Positions 36,683 to 46,733 of a stretch of DNA of 64,000 nt are shown piece after piece. The DNA comes from a virus: positions 1 through 64,000 of the IMG/VR virus record IMGVR_UViG_3300022748_000017; one strand, written 5' to 3'. The number at the start of each line of letters is the position of its first letter. Positions within the stretch are counted from its first letter, which is position 1. A program made the translations under genes and the position numbers. Below the pieces are notes generated by a model. That model ran no database searches and was not told the origin of the DNA. It worked only from the letters and a program-made list of their open reading frames with translations.

Positions 36683-37304
36683 GTTTCGAGCATCGTCACT
36701 TGCTGACATCATGACTGACCCAAAAAGCAAAGATGAAATTTTGTCTGCTGGGGCCAAAACCGCTATTACCAAAATGGCTAAAGAATTTGTCTATGGATTT
36801 GATGAACGCATCAGCAGCAAATACATGGACAAGGGCATTCAAGTCGAAGATCGTTCTATTGAACTTTTAAACTCTGTTCTTTTTACCAACTACAAAAAGA
36901 ACACAGAGCGAAAAACTAACGAGTGGATCACAGGAGAATGTGACATTGTTGGTGATGGGAAAATTCACGACATCAAATCATCATGGTCATTAGCAACATT
37001 TCCTGTTCTGTCTAGCCAAGGCGAGGATAAAACCTACGAATGGCAGGGCAGAGCGTACATGATGCTTTGGGATATGGATGAGTTTGAAATTGACTATTGT
37101 TTGGTGAATACACCAGACTCATTGATTGGGTACGAGGATTACAATTTGCATTCTGTAGAACACATCGCTCCAGAATTGCGTGTAACCCGAGTCCAATACA
37201 AACGTGACTTAGCCTTGGAACAAAAGATCAAGGTCAAAGTTAATGCAGCCCGTGATTTCTATGAGCAAATCGTAAAAGAAATCGCTAAACAACACACTTT
37301 TTAA
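36675..37304 (+). CDS. Lambda-exonuclease/YqaJ-like nuclease
   Basis: RASS, KG..VE, GECD, DIKSSW, YEWQ..AYM. Confidence 0.8.
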   Translation: MIKFRASSLADIMTDPKSKDEILSAGAKTAITKMAKEFVYGFDERISSKYMDKGIQVEDRSIELLNSVLFTNYKKNTERKTNEWITGECDIVGDGKIHDIKSSWSLATFPVLSSQGEDKTYEWQGRAYMMLWDMDEFEIDYCLVNTPDSLIGYEDYNLHSVEHIAPELRVTRVQYKRDLALEQKIKVKVNAARDFYEQIVKEIAKQHTF

Positions 37305-37313
37305 AAGGTACAA

Positions 37314-37703
37314 ATGCTCAATCAAGCACAAATCATTGGACATCTTGGCAAAGACCCAGAAATACGTTATTTGCCAAGTGGTGAAGCTGTTGCAAATTTC
37401 TCAATTGCTACAACTGAAAAATGGAAAGACAAACAATCTGGAGATTACAAAGAACATACTGAATGGCACAGCATCAGTACGTTTGGTCGTTTAGCAGAAA
37501 TTGTTGGTGAATACTTGCACAAGGGTTCGCTTGTTTATGTATCTGGCAAAATCAAAACTCGCAAGTATCAAAAGGATGGGCAAGATCACTATGCAACGTC
37601 AATTCAATGTCAAGAATTGAAAATGCTTGGTGGAACCCAATCCAATAAACAACGTCAAGAATCTGAGCAACAACCAGTGCCAGAGGACGATATACCGTTT
37701 TAA
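37314..37703 (+). CDS. ssb: Single-stranded DNA-binding protein
   Basis: IGHLGKDPE, TEWH, KGSLVYVSG, C-terminal DDIPF. Confidence 0.95.
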   Translation: MLNQAQIIGHLGKDPEIRYLPSGEAVANFSIATTEKWKDKQSGDYKEHTEWHSISTFGRLAEIVGEYLHKGSLVYVSGKIKTRKYQKDGQDHYATSIQCQELKMLGGTQSNKQRQESEQQPVPEDDIPF

Positions 37704-37708
37704 TTAAC

Positions 37709-37790
37709 GGGCCAAAAGCGGATGCTAACGAGTCGTTGTTCTAGGCGGCGCAGGATGATCTCTGGGAAGTTAGACGCAGCGAGTAGGCCC
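37709..37790 (+). ncRNA. Candidate structured RNA downstream of ssb
   Basis: Nested pairings GGGCC/GGCCC, TGC/GCA, CTAAC/GTTAG with an AGUA internal loop. Confidence 0.45.
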
Positions 37791-37807
37791 ACCTTTTAAG
37801 GAAAAAA

Positions 37808-38119
37808 ATGAGTTTCCAATACATCGAAAACGAGATTGAAATTTGGGGCATCAACAAGGGCATCATTGGCCCCGGTGGTTTCGGCACTGCTGCTTCTCAA
37901 GCCAAAAAAACGGTTGAAGAAGTGGAAGAACTTGTCAATGCTGTTTGCGCTGACAACAAAGCCGAAATTATTGATGCCATTGGCGACATTGGAGTGACAC
38001 TGCTAATGCAATGCCATATCCAAGGCGTTACCTTTACCGAGTGCTTGGAAGCAGCTTACGCTGTTATCAGCAAACGCAAAGGCAAAATGGTAGATGGTGT
38101 CTTTGTCAAAGATGCTTGA
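37808..38119 (+). CDS. MazG-like nucleotide pyrophosphohydrolase
   Basis: KTVEEVEEL...DAIGD...ECLEAAY..I.KRKG. Confidence 0.8.
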   Translation: MSFQYIENEIEIWGINKGIIGPGGFGTAASQAKKTVEEVEELVNAVCADNKAEIIDAIGDIGVTLLMQCHIQGVTFTECLEAAYAVISKRKGKMVDGVFVKDA

Positions 38120-38327
38120 CCCTAATGTCGAAGCAGTCCGACAGAAGCTCAAACAACGGGCTGAAGTCGGGCTTGCCAAATACGGCACTGATACGACTCG
38201 CCAAGACCTAACGCATCTTCAATGGCTGCAACACGCTCAAGAAGAAGCAATGGATTTGGCGGTCTATTTGGAACGGATCATTTCTGATTTAAGCAAATGT
38301 CCGTTACATAAGATTGAAGAGCCTTGA
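38112..38327 (+). CDS. Small MazG-fold-like hypothetical protein
   Basis: G.AKYG...WLQHAQEEAMDLAVYLE. Confidence 0.6.
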   Translation: MLDPNVEAVRQKLKQRAEVGLAKYGTDTTRQDLTHLQWLQHAQEEAMDLAVYLERIISDLSKCPLHKIEEP

Positions 38328-38724
38328 GCTTCAATCCGTTTTCGTCAGCAACCCGCGCCAACGACTGAGTAGCTTCAGAACATTCTCGGATGATTGTGTC
38401 TCTGGGGTCTGCATCAGTTCTGGCGCAGGTTTTGGAATCTTGGCGTTCTCCATAGGAACGTAGCTGGTCGCGCAACCTGTCAAGCTCATTACGACTAGAA
38501 CGAATGACAGCATCAGAATTCTTTTTGCGCGTTGCATAATCTTCATCCAATCTTTGCTTTTGTTCATTCAGCGCCAATTCTTTGTTGCGGCGTTGCTCCT
38601 CAGTTTTGCGGACAGCAGCAATAAGTTCTGATCGTACAGACTCTTTTCCAGCAACATAGGCTTTCCAATGGGTTGCTGCCAACAAGACAACAATCAAAAC
38701 AGCAATTACGAGTCGGACATACAT
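38278..38724 (-). CDS. i-spanin (Rz-like)
   Basis: N-terminal TM plus coiled coil; follows the endolysin. Confidence 0.75.
   Translation of the reverse strand: MYVRLVIAVLIVVLLAATHWKAYVAGKESVRSELIAAVRKTEEQRRNKELALNEQKQRLDEDYATRKKNSDAVIRSSRNELDRLRDQLRSYGERQDSKTCARTDADPRDTIIRECSEATQSLARVADENGLKLKALQSYVTDICLNQK
38331..38537 (-). CDS. o-spanin (Rz1-like lipoprotein) embedded in Rz
   Basis: MQRAKRILMLSFVLVVMSLTG-C lipobox; Pro-rich mature part. Confidence 0.8.
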   Translation of the reverse strand: MQRAKRILMLSFVLVVMSLTGCATSYVPMENAKIPKPAPELMQTPETQSSENVLKLLSRWRGLLTKTD

Positions 38725-39167
38725 TGCTCATGTTCCTTTTGTCGGCGATTCACAAGCCCTTGAACCTTGCTGCCTTTGACATAAACCCATTTGAGCATCT
38801 GATCGCAAGCCTCTTGATAGCGGCCTTCATTGAGCAATTTGGCTGCTGTGGACTTGCAAAAGGCTGTTGCGCCAATGTTGTATGTGAATTGTGCCCAAGC
38901 GTCATATTCGTTCTGACTTAGTGGGACTTTGACGCATTGTTTTAGTGCGCCTTCAAATTTTGTGATGTCACGAAAAGCCATCTTTACAGATGTGATTGGA
39001 TCGGTTTTATCACCCATCTTGACACCATCGGTTGTGCCAAATCCAATGGTAGGAACATCACCTTTGACTGGAATTACTGCCTTATCTGTCCAACCCTCAG
39101 AAACAATCAAACTGACAAATGCAGCCGCAGAAAGTGTAAGACTAGCGATGGCTTTACGATTATCCAC
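38706..39167 (-). CDS. GH24 lysozyme, SAR-type endolysin
   Basis: Weakly hydrophobic N-terminus; EG...D..TIGFGTT, YNIG, GLVNRR. Confidence 0.88.
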   Translation of the reverse strand: MDNRKAIASLTLSAAAFVSLIVSEGWTDKAVIPVKGDVPTIGFGTTDGVKMGDKTDPITSVKMAFRDITKFEGALKQCVKVPLSQNEYDAWAQFTYNIGATAFCKSTAAKLLNEGRYQEACDQMLKWVYVKGSKVQGLVNRRQKEHEQCMSDS

Positions 39168-39351
39168 TTGTAACTTCTTTGTAGATTTGCCATGCCTTTT
39201 GACAAATCAACATGATGGTGTAAATCAATGTGGCCCAAAGGACCAATTCACTAACCTGATACCCAAGCAGTGTCGCAATAGAGACAGTTGCAGGAGGTGC
39301 TACCTTGGCAGTGATAGCAGCAGCAGTTTCAGTAGTCGTTGAATGGTCCAT
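39160..39351 (-). CDS. Putative holin
   Basis: 63 aa, hydrophobic, directly upstream of the endolysin. Confidence 0.7.
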   Translation of the reverse strand: MDHSTTTETAAAITAKVAPPATVSIATLLGYQVSELVLWATLIYTIMLICQKAWQIYKEVTSG

Positions 39352-39362
39352 TTTCTACACGC

Positions 39363-40442
39363 TCAAAGATTCGGGGTTTCACCAGTTGTCATGTAGTGTA
39401 GATTGGATTGGATGCGTTGATCCTGCGGGGCCAATTCTAACGCCTTATGACAAAGTTGAATAGCTTCGTCCTTGAGCCCAAGGTTCCAAGCTGCGATGCT
39501 GGCGTAATCCCAAGGCTTTTCACCCCAGACTTCCGGGTCCATCGTGTACACCAAGGCTTTGTCAGTAATCTGCAAGGCTGATTTGGCGGCTGCATAGCTT
39601 TCTGCCCACATGGACAAACGATAGCACTGTGCGCTTAATTCAACCCAAGGCTCACGGGTTCCCGGTGCTTCAGCAACTGCCAAACGGAACCATTTGAGGG
39701 CTTCATGTGGGTTGCCTTTTTCCGCATACGCTTTACCCAACAGACGCATTGCATAGCATCGTTCGTTGACCCAAGTCGCTTCAGGCATAGCCAGATACTT
39801 GTTTAAGGCAGTAATGGCTTCATCCCACCGAGCATAGAACGTCAGTTCACGGGCATGGTAAAAAGCATTGCGGGGGCAATACGGGTCTTCCTTTACCGCC
39901 AATTCCAGCAAAGGCATATATTGCCCACGTGACTTTGTTGGGTCTGGATGATGGCTGACCAGCAGCATATCCGTATGGGCATAGACCTCTTTGATACGTC
40001 CATCAGGGCGAGGGTACTCATGAACTGGGTGGAAGAACCTATATCCATGACGAGCAAAAATCTTTTCGTAGAAAAAGCTAATTCCACAGCCCCAATCGAA
40101 CTTGTAGCGCAAACGAGTAGTGCCTTCAACCCAAACACGCTCGATTTCTTCACGCCATCCCGGCTCTAGCACTTCATCAAGGTCAAGGCTGATAACAATG
40201 TCAATGTCCCGAGGAAGTAAAGCAATTGCGGCATTACGGGCAAGATCAAAACGCCAAGGGCTGATGCAGATGTCATGCACGACAGCCCCGCATTCAATGG
40301 CTCTAGCAACTGTTGCGTCAGTAGAGCCAGTGTCTGCAATGCAAATCAGGTCTGCATCTCTGGCTGAGTCGCAGAACCTATGAACAAACTGTTCTTCATT
40401 CTTGGAGATTGCCGAGACAGCAATCTTGAGTCGTTTTGTCAT
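39363..40442 (-). CDS. GT2-TPR glycosyltransferase (unit B)
   Basis: Near-identical to 14-1093. Confidence 0.88.
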   Translation of the reverse strand: MTKRLKIAVSAISKNEEQFVHRFCDSARDADLICIADTGSTDATVARAIECGAVVHDICISPWRFDLARNAAIALLPRDIDIVISLDLDEVLEPGWREEIERVWVEGTTRLRYKFDWGCGISFFYEKIFARHGYRFFHPVHEYPRPDGRIKEVYAHTDMLLVSHHPDPTKSRGQYMPLLELAVKEDPYCPRNAFYHARELTFYARWDEAITALNKYLAMPEATWVNERCYAMRLLGKAYAEKGNPHEALKWFRLAVAEAPGTREPWVELSAQCYRLSMWAESYAAAKSALQITDKALVYTMDPEVWGEKPWDYASIAAWNLGLKDEAIQLCHKALELAPQDQRIQSNLHYMTTGETPNL

Positions 40443-40473
40443 TTCTTATCCTATGCAATTCAATGAATATATT

Positions 40474-41403
40474 TTACAGGTTACCTGTGTTTGTTGATGG
40501 GAAGGATCGTGTTGTACCGGGCCAAATGATGCGAACTGCGCCGCCACCGCTGGCATTACCGCCAGTCACGTTACCGCCACTACCGCCGCCATATGCGCCG
40601 CCTGCACCGCCAGCAGATGAGTTTGAATTCTGTCCAGCACTGCCACCAGAACCGCCACCGCCGCCAACGTTTGTAGTCCCACCAGCGCCAGATGAACCTT
40701 GACCCAAAATCCCAACACCCCCTCCTCCTGCGCTGTTATATGTTGGATTTGGAGAACCGCCACGACCACCACCGCCAGCACCACCACCGCTACCAGGATT
40801 TCCTGTTGTGAAACCGCTATCTGCGCCAGCGCCTCCGTTTCCAGAATAACCTCCAGCGCCGCCGCCACCGCCGCCAGTTAGGCCAGACGCTGAGCCACCT
40901 GCGCCACCGTTCCCGCCACCATTGCCAACAAATGAACCGCCTGCACCGCCAGATTGACTGCTTGTGCCACCGCCGCCACCGCCTTTTACGGTAGAGCTAT
41001 TTACAAAATAACTGTCGCCACCATTTGCGGCAAAACTTGCGCCAGCTCCAATTTGAACGGTGTAACTAGACCCCGGTGTAACAGAATAATTGTTTTTATA
41101 TCCAAGGCCACCGCCGCCACCGCCGCCACCAGTAAGTAATGTGCAGCCACAAAAATAAACGCTGTAACCACTACCGCCACCGCCAACAGCTACAACGGAT
41201 ACAGAAGTCACGCCAGCAGGAGCAATCCATGTATAGGTTCCAGCGGTTGTGTATGCCTGCTGTCCCGGAGGAATTGGAATTGGCCATGTACCGGCCTTAA
41301 TGTTCTGCAAGGCTTGGTCAAGTGTCCAAATTCCGGGAGCCGCAGTCGATGTTGGCGCGACTGGAGACTTCGTGATGAACCCGCCGGGGAATCGTTCGCT
41401 CAT
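40474..41403 (-). CDS. Glycine-rich virion protein, paralog 2
   Basis: Same core and C-terminus as 1765-2550; N-terminal GIWTL...AGTWP motif. Confidence 0.7.
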   Translation of the reverse strand: MSERFPGGFITKSPVAPTSTAAPGIWTLDQALQNIKAGTWPIPIPPGQQAYTTAGTYTWIAPAGVTSVSVVAVGGGGSGYSVYFCGCTLLTGGGGGGGGLGYKNNYSVTPGSSYTVQIGAGASFAANGGDSYFVNSSTVKGGGGGGTSSQSGGAGGSFVGNGGGNGGAGGSASGLTGGGGGGAGGYSGNGGAGADSGFTTGNPGSGGGAGGGGRGGSPNPTYNSAGGGGVGILGQGSSGAGGTTNVGGGGGSGGSAGQNSNSSAGGAGGAYGGGSGGNVTGGNASGGGAVRIIWPGTTRSFPSTNTGNL

Positions 41404-41711
41404 GTTTGCACCTGATAGTCGTTGCTTACACCGCCATATTTTTTGACGATATTGACAATTCGTGTGTTGTCTTCCAAAGCCATCAACTCATGTGGTTCAC
41501 CGGGACGAAAGTCAATGATCTGACCTGCATCCGCAACCTTCTCCCAATCATGGGAATAGGCTTTCAATTTGCCACGCGCCACAATGGTGATGTGAACTGA
41601 ATTTTCATCGTGATTGTGCTTTGGAAGGATGTCGCCAGCCTTTTCAAAGTCGTAAATGGCTCCGCGAATGTCGCCAAGATTTTGAAGTGGTGTTGGTTTA
41701 GCCAATGACAT
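41400..41711 (-). CDS. Cupin-fold protein (unit B)
   Basis: Homolog of 1123-1422. Confidence 0.7.
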   Translation of the reverse strand: MSLAKPTPLQNLGDIRGAIYDFEKAGDILPKHNHDENSVHITIVARGKLKAYSHDWEKVADAGQIIDFRPGEPHELMALEDNTRIVNIVKKYGGVSNDYQVQT

Positions 41712-42195
41712 TTGGAGCACTCCCCGGCGCATTCACATCCATCACCGTTCCATCAGCATTGATGCGCGGAGGCTGCGGAATGTTCGGCTCTACAGGGTCA
41801 ACCAATGTCCATGCGTTTAACGCAGCAAGATAATCTATCCAAGCCTGCTTTGCAGCATCACTTGGCGCATTGTCAATGTTTTGCTGTGTTATTTCCTTCA
41901 AAAATCCAACACTTGCATTGGCTGCTTGAGTCAGGTCTTGCAATTTTTGTGCGTGCTCAATTTCGGTCATTGGACGCACACTCCAAACGTCTTTGACTAT
42001 GCCGTCTATCCATTGGTAAGACAATTCTTCAACTTCAAACGTACCCGCAGTGTTGGGTTGAGGCACGCGCTCAAACCGCGCAAATTCAGGCGGCAGATTG
42101 TTCACATCAATATCGGGGAACGCCTGACGGAAGTTGTCGCCAAAGATCGGATGCTCGTGAGGTTGTCCGTCACGAATTTGAATGAACAGTTCCAT
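41698..42195 (-). CDS. Putative tail-fibre-associated protein (unit B)
   Basis: Homolog of 1409-1765. Confidence 0.5.
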   Translation of the reverse strand: MELFIQIRDGQPHEHPIFGDNFRQAFPDIDVNNLPPEFARFERVPQPNTAGTFEVEELSYQWIDGIVKDVWSVRPMTEIEHAQKLQDLTQAANASVGFLKEITQQNIDNAPSDAAKQAWIDYLAALNAWTLVDPVEPNIPQPPRINADGTVMDVNAPGSAPNVIG

Positions 42196-43200
42196 TTACA
42201 TATTTCCTGTGTTGGTTGATGGGAACGAACGGGTTGTCCCCGGCCAAATCAGTCGGACAGCCCCACCGCCGCCAGAGCCAGCATAAGCGCCATTGCCACC
42301 GGGGTTTCCGCCTCCACCTCCGCCTCCATAAGCACCGCCAGAGCCTCCACCAGCAGCGCCTCCATCATTATTTCCGCCGCTACCACCTGTAGCACCATTA
42401 CTTCCACCAGCCCCACCTGTTGGAGAAACATGAACGCCAGTAGACCTTGTTCCGCCTGAGCCGTTTGTGCCTTGCCCTAACAAACCAACACCTCCGCCGC
42501 CAGCCCCGCCAATATAGTTAAATATCGGGTTGCAGCAGCATCCGCCTACAAAGTAAGGGCCACTACCACCACCGCCACCACCACCGCCGCCTCCTGCTCC
42601 AGAAGCGCCATTAGTTGGGCCATTTACTGTGCCTTCACCGCCATTACCGCCAGATGCTGAATATCCAGCAGCCCCCCCACCTCCGCCTCCAATACGAAAG
42701 CCACGAGAACCGCCTTGTCTACCAACAGCCGTAGTAGAGCCTTGATAGTATCCAACACTGTCTGGAGTCCCGCCTGTTGCAATCACAAAACCACCAACCC
42801 CTTGAAAACTACTGCTTCCTCCAGCGCCACCATTAGGGCCATATCTTCCTCCAGAGCCTCCGACACCAACTTCAACGGTATACGAGTTCCCCGGAACAAC
42901 AGTCAGATTGTTGTAGTAACCAAGACCTCCGCCACAACCTCCAGCGCCAGAGTAAATACCTTCTCCAGAGCCTCCACCACCAACGCAAACTACAGATACT
43001 GAAGTCACGCCAGCAGGTGCAACCCAAGAATACAAACCCGGAGTTGTATATGCGGCCTGTCCAATAGCAACAGGAACAGGCCAATTACCAGCAGCATTTG
43101 CTTGCATTTGTTGCTCTAACGTCCAAACACCAGATGCAGAAGAACTGCTTGTAGTAGGTGGCGTTGCGGAAATGACTCCGCCTTTATAGCGAAAACTCAT
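42196..43200 (-). CDS. Glycine-rich virion protein, paralog 1
   Basis: GVWTL...AGNWP N-terminus, polyGly, GAVRLIWPG end. Confidence 0.7.
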   Translation of the reverse strand: MSFRYKGGVISATPPTTSSSSASGVWTLEQQMQANAAGNWPVPVAIGQAAYTTPGLYSWVAPAGVTSVSVVCVGGGGSGEGIYSGAGGCGGGLGYYNNLTVVPGNSYTVEVGVGGSGGRYGPNGGAGGSSSFQGVGGFVIATGGTPDSVGYYQGSTTAVGRQGGSRGFRIGGGGGGAAGYSASGGNGGEGTVNGPTNGASGAGGGGGGGGGGSGPYFVGGCCCNPIFNYIGGAGGGGVGLLGQGTNGSGGTRSTGVHVSPTGGAGGSNGATGGSGGNNDGGAAGGGSGGAYGGGGGGGNPGGNGAYAGSGGGGAVRLIWPGTTRSFPSTNTGNM

Positions 43201-43211
43201 GCTTCACCTCA

Positions 43212-43604
43212 TCAAGAGATGTCTTCATAAGAAACACTGAATGTCAGCGAACTGCCTGTGCCTGATGTAATTGAAATAGATGTTCCTTCTTGTAAATAGA
43301 TCGGAGTTGTTTTATCAACAGCAATCAAAGAAGCATTCCCGGGAACAGAAATCGTTGCTACAACTGGATAAGCCGTTCCACCAGAAGGCGCAGAGCCTTG
43401 AGCAACAGCGCCGTTTGTGTAGATTGAGACAGTTGCATTTGCTGCGCTTCCTGTCACGTTTGCCACAACAATTTGGTTGATCTTGTAGACCTTGCCGCTT
43501 GACGCAGCGTTAGCCAGCAACACCACAGCAGATGTACCGCTAGGCGTGTAGTAGGTGGTTACGCCATAAAGAGCAGATACGTTAACGATGTTTGGGTTTG
43601 CCAT
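43212..43604 (-). CDS. Small beta-rich virion protein, only in unit B
   Basis: MANPNIVNV...SYEDIS; GAGG RBS; lies between collagen and Gly-rich genes. Confidence 0.6.
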   Translation of the reverse strand: MANPNIVNVSALYGVTTYYTPSGTSAVVLLANAASSGKVYKINQIVVANVTGSAANATVSIYTNGAVAQGSAPSGGTAYPVVATISVPGNASLIAVDKTTPIYLQEGTSISITSGTGSSLTFSVSYEDIS

Positions 43605-43613
43605 GATTATTCC

Positions 43614-46172
43614 TCACAAGCCAAAGATGATGTTAAGAGCGATTGTTTTGCTATAACTGACGGGGCCAGTAGAGCCAGTTGGACCTGTCGGACCATTTGT
43701 GCCATTGGCTCCTGTTGGGCCTGTTGGGCCAGTTGGGCCAGTTAAACCAGTTGACCCAGTGCTACCTGTAGGTCCGGTTGGGCCAACAGCACCAGTAGCG
43801 CCTGTAGAACCAGTCGGTCCTGTAGGACCTTGAGCGCCAGTTGCACCTGTCGCACCAGTGCTTCCTGTTGGGCCAGTCGGACCTGCAATTCCTTGAATGC
43901 CTTGAGGCCCGGTAGGACCAGTAGGTCCAACCGCTTGTGTGTTAGTCCACTTTGTACCGTTCCAGACCAAAGCATCGCCAGTAGACAATGTGGTCAGGCC
44001 AACGTCACCCTCATACTGACCAAGTACACCACCAAATGATGGACGCACAAACAAAGAGCCATTACTTGCGGATGAATATACACAAGCACAAACTTGAACC
44101 TTTGGATTTGGCGCAGATGGAATAGTTGCAGTCAAGCCACCAGCAACAGAAGGGTCGAGATACAGAATTTGACCCGCCGTAAATGCCGATGTGTTCAGGT
44201 TGCGAACCAAACCAAATGATGTGATGTAGCCCCAGCCATTCAGTGCAATATCCTGAGTAGCAATGCCCATGACATACGATGCTTGCGAGGCTGTAAGGCC
44301 AGTTGCTGGTGCACCAGTCAATGCGCCAGAAGCGCCAACAGTACCCGTGAACATCACGACTTGACCGTTGGTAATTGCGCTCGATGCTTTGATTCGGAAA
44401 TACTGTTCTTCACCAATCTGCTGTGTAGCAGTGCCATCAGCCATCACCAACGAAAGCGTTTGGTTGCCATCAGCAGAATCCCAATACAACGTACCCGGAG
44501 TTGTCGGCGTTGTTGCTGGTGTGGTGTTAAACAGAATCCAATCAGGCGTGCTTAAACTGGTAACACCAGTCACAGCGCCAGTAGGCATTGGGCCTGTGGG
44601 ACCTGTTGGCCCAGTATTGCCTTGAATTCCTTGGATGCCTTGCACGCCTTGTGGGCCTGTCGGGCCAGTGTCACCTTGAACGCCCTGAAGACCCTGTGGG
44701 CCTGTAGGGCCAATCACACCTTGAATCCCTTGAGGGCCAGTAGGTCCAGTTGCGCCTACTTCACCTTGTGCGCCAGTCGGCCCCGTGGGACCCTGAATGC
44801 CTTGGATGCCTTGAGAGCCCGTTGGCCCCGTAGGACCCACCACACCCTGAATGCCTTGGGGGCCAGTAGGACCAACCTCACCTTGGATGCCTTGCGCTCC
44901 AGTAGGACCCGTTGGACCAACATCGCCTTGTACCCCTTGAATGCCTTGAATACCTTGAGGTCCCGTAGGGCCAACATCGCCTTGCGCTCCAGTTGGGCCA
45001 GTAGGACCGACTTCACCTTGGATGCCCTGAGCGCCCGTTGGACCTGCGACCCCTTGTATGCCTTGAGCGCCTGTTGAACCAGTCGGGCCAACCTCACCCT
45101 GAATGCCTTGAGCGCCTGTGGGGCCAGTCGGGCCTTGTGCGCCAGTTGGGCCTTGAGGACCAACAATCTGACCAGCATCAAACCAAGATGTGCCGTTCCA
45201 TACATACAGATTACCTTCAGAAGTAACGATGTATGCGTCATTAGGAAGATTGCCCACCATTGGCAGGTCGCCCACAGTAGCAACTTCACCTTTAAGGTTA
45301 ATGGATGTGCCTTGTGCGCCTTGCGCCCCAGTAGGGCCAGTTGGGCCTGTTACGCCCTGAATGCCTTGAGGTCCAGTCGGGCCGACATCGCCAGTAACGC
45401 CTGTTGGTCCAGTGGCTCCTTGAATACCCTGAATGCCCTGAGCGCCCGTTGGGCCAATAGGACCAGTATCCCCTTGAATACCTTGAGGACCAGTAGGACC
45501 AGCAACACCTTGAACGCCTTGGTCGCCCTGAATGCCCTGTGGGCCAGTTGGACCGACTTCACCTTGGATGCCTTGAGTGCCTTGAGCGCCTGTCGGCCCA
45601 GTAGGTCCAGCAACAGTTGAATCAGCACCTGTCGGACCAGTAGGGCCAACATTGCCTTGAATACCTTGTGCGCCTGTCGGGCCAGTCGGACCATCAATGC
45701 CCATGTAGCCAGTTGGACCTGTTGGGCCTGTGGCTCCATTTGCCCCATTAGCGCCAGTCGGCCCAGTGGGGCCAGCAATACCTTGAATGCCCTGTTCGCC
45801 TTGCGGTCCTGTTGGGCCTTGAATGCCCTGAACCCCTTGAATACCTTGGACACCCTGCGGACCAGTCGGACCAACATCACCAGTAGTACCAGCCTGTCCT
45901 GTTGGGCCAGTTGCCCCCGTTGAGCCAGTTGGACCCGTAGGACCAGCATTGCCCTGCGGACCAGTTGGACCTGTGCCTGTTGGCCCCATAGCGCCCGTAG
46001 GACCAGTAGGTCCAGCATTTCCTTGTGGGCCTGTAGGACCACTACCAGTTGGCCCCATAGGGCCAGTTGGACCCGCTACACCACGATCAATGCGTGCTTC
46101 AACGCGAGGCTGTGGAACAACCTCAAGACTGACGTTGTTGCCATCAAGAACCGTAACCTTCAAGTTGCTCAT
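43614..46172 (-). CDS. Collagen-like fibre protein (unit B)
   Basis: Gly-X-Y runs; same globular inserts as unit A; short hydrophobic C-terminus. Confidence 0.9.
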   Translation of the reverse strand: MSNLKVTVLDGNNVSLEVVPQPRVEARIDRGVAGPTGPMGPTGSGPTGPQGNAGPTGPTGAMGPTGTGPTGPQGNAGPTGPTGSTGATGPTGQAGTTGDVGPTGPQGVQGIQGVQGIQGPTGPQGEQGIQGIAGPTGPTGANGANGATGPTGPTGYMGIDGPTGPTGAQGIQGNVGPTGPTGADSTVAGPTGPTGAQGTQGIQGEVGPTGPQGIQGDQGVQGVAGPTGPQGIQGDTGPIGPTGAQGIQGIQGATGPTGVTGDVGPTGPQGIQGVTGPTGPTGAQGAQGTSINLKGEVATVGDLPMVGNLPNDAYIVTSEGNLYVWNGTSWFDAGQIVGPQGPTGAQGPTGPTGAQGIQGEVGPTGSTGAQGIQGVAGPTGAQGIQGEVGPTGPTGAQGDVGPTGPQGIQGIQGVQGDVGPTGPTGAQGIQGEVGPTGPQGIQGVVGPTGPTGSQGIQGIQGPTGPTGAQGEVGATGPTGPQGIQGVIGPTGPQGLQGVQGDTGPTGPQGVQGIQGIQGNTGPTGPTGPMPTGAVTGVTSLSTPDWILFNTTPATTPTTPGTLYWDSADGNQTLSLVMADGTATQQIGEEQYFRIKASSAITNGQVVMFTGTVGASGALTGAPATGLTASQASYVMGIATQDIALNGWGYITSFGLVRNLNTSAFTAGQILYLDPSVAGGLTATIPSAPNPKVQVCACVYSSASNGSLFVRPSFGGVLGQYEGDVGLTTLSTGDALVWNGTKWTNTQAVGPTGPTGPQGIQGIAGPTGPTGSTGATGATGAQGPTGPTGSTGATGAVGPTGPTGSTGSTGLTGPTGPTGPTGANGTNGPTGPTGSTGPVSYSKTIALNIIFGL

Positions 46173-46181
46173 AGCCAATCC

Positions 46182-46664
46182 TTACAGAACAATCACGCCG
46201 TCAGAACGGACGATGAACAACAGGAAAATAATCATGTCATCTGCCGGGACAGAGCCAACCGCAGGGAAAGACACTTTGACGCGACCAGAATAGCCAACAG
46301 GATTCTGTGCGTTGATTTCCAGTTCGGGGTCTGTAGACATCAAAGACCAAGCGCCAGCATCAATCACAAGGGTGCAAGTACCCAAAGCCGTATTGATATT
46401 GCTGACAGTCAGAGGAATTGCCGCAGGAGTGGGGTTGTAATCAGCAATGTCAAACGTCAACCCGTTGCGGGTATCCACAATGTTTGACAGTTCACGGCGA
46501 ACGATTTGGGCATCAATGGTCGCGCCAGTCAAATCGACTGGAAGGCCATTTGATGTAAAAGACAGATTCCAATAAGTCTGCTGGTCCCAGACAAGTTCGC
46601 CAGCAAGAATAGGATTGTCAAAGCCCGAAACTTGGGCCAAAGTATTGCGATTAAAGACCGCCAT
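46182..46664 (-). CDS. BppU-like structural protein (unit B)
   Basis: Near-identical to 5229-5711. Confidence 0.55.
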   Translation of the reverse strand: MAVFNRNTLAQVSGFDNPILAGELVWDQQTYWNLSFTSNGLPVDLTGATIDAQIVRRELSNIVDTRNGLTFDIADYNPTPAAIPLTVSNINTALGTCTLVIDAGAWSLMSTDPELEINAQNPVGYSGRVKVSFPAVGSVPADDMIIFLLFIVRSDGVIVL

Positions 46665-46733
46665 GTCAGTTCCCTGCACACAGTTAGAACACCCATGATT
46701 CCCACGGGACGATGCTGTCTTGTTTTGGTGATT

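Larger units (their letters stand above)
1..39349. mobile_element. Phage genome unit A (apparently complete, circularly permuted, 39,349 bp; HK97-like head, siphovirus tail)
   Basis: Full set of packaging, head, tail, lysis, replication and recombination genes; the sequence at 39350 restarts with the same bases as position 1. Confidence 0.9.

Noticed and set aside
1765-43200. Diversity-generating retroelement behind the adhesin variation
   Set aside because: No reverse transcriptase and no TR/VR pair with adenine-specific differences; the C-termini are conserved rather than variable.
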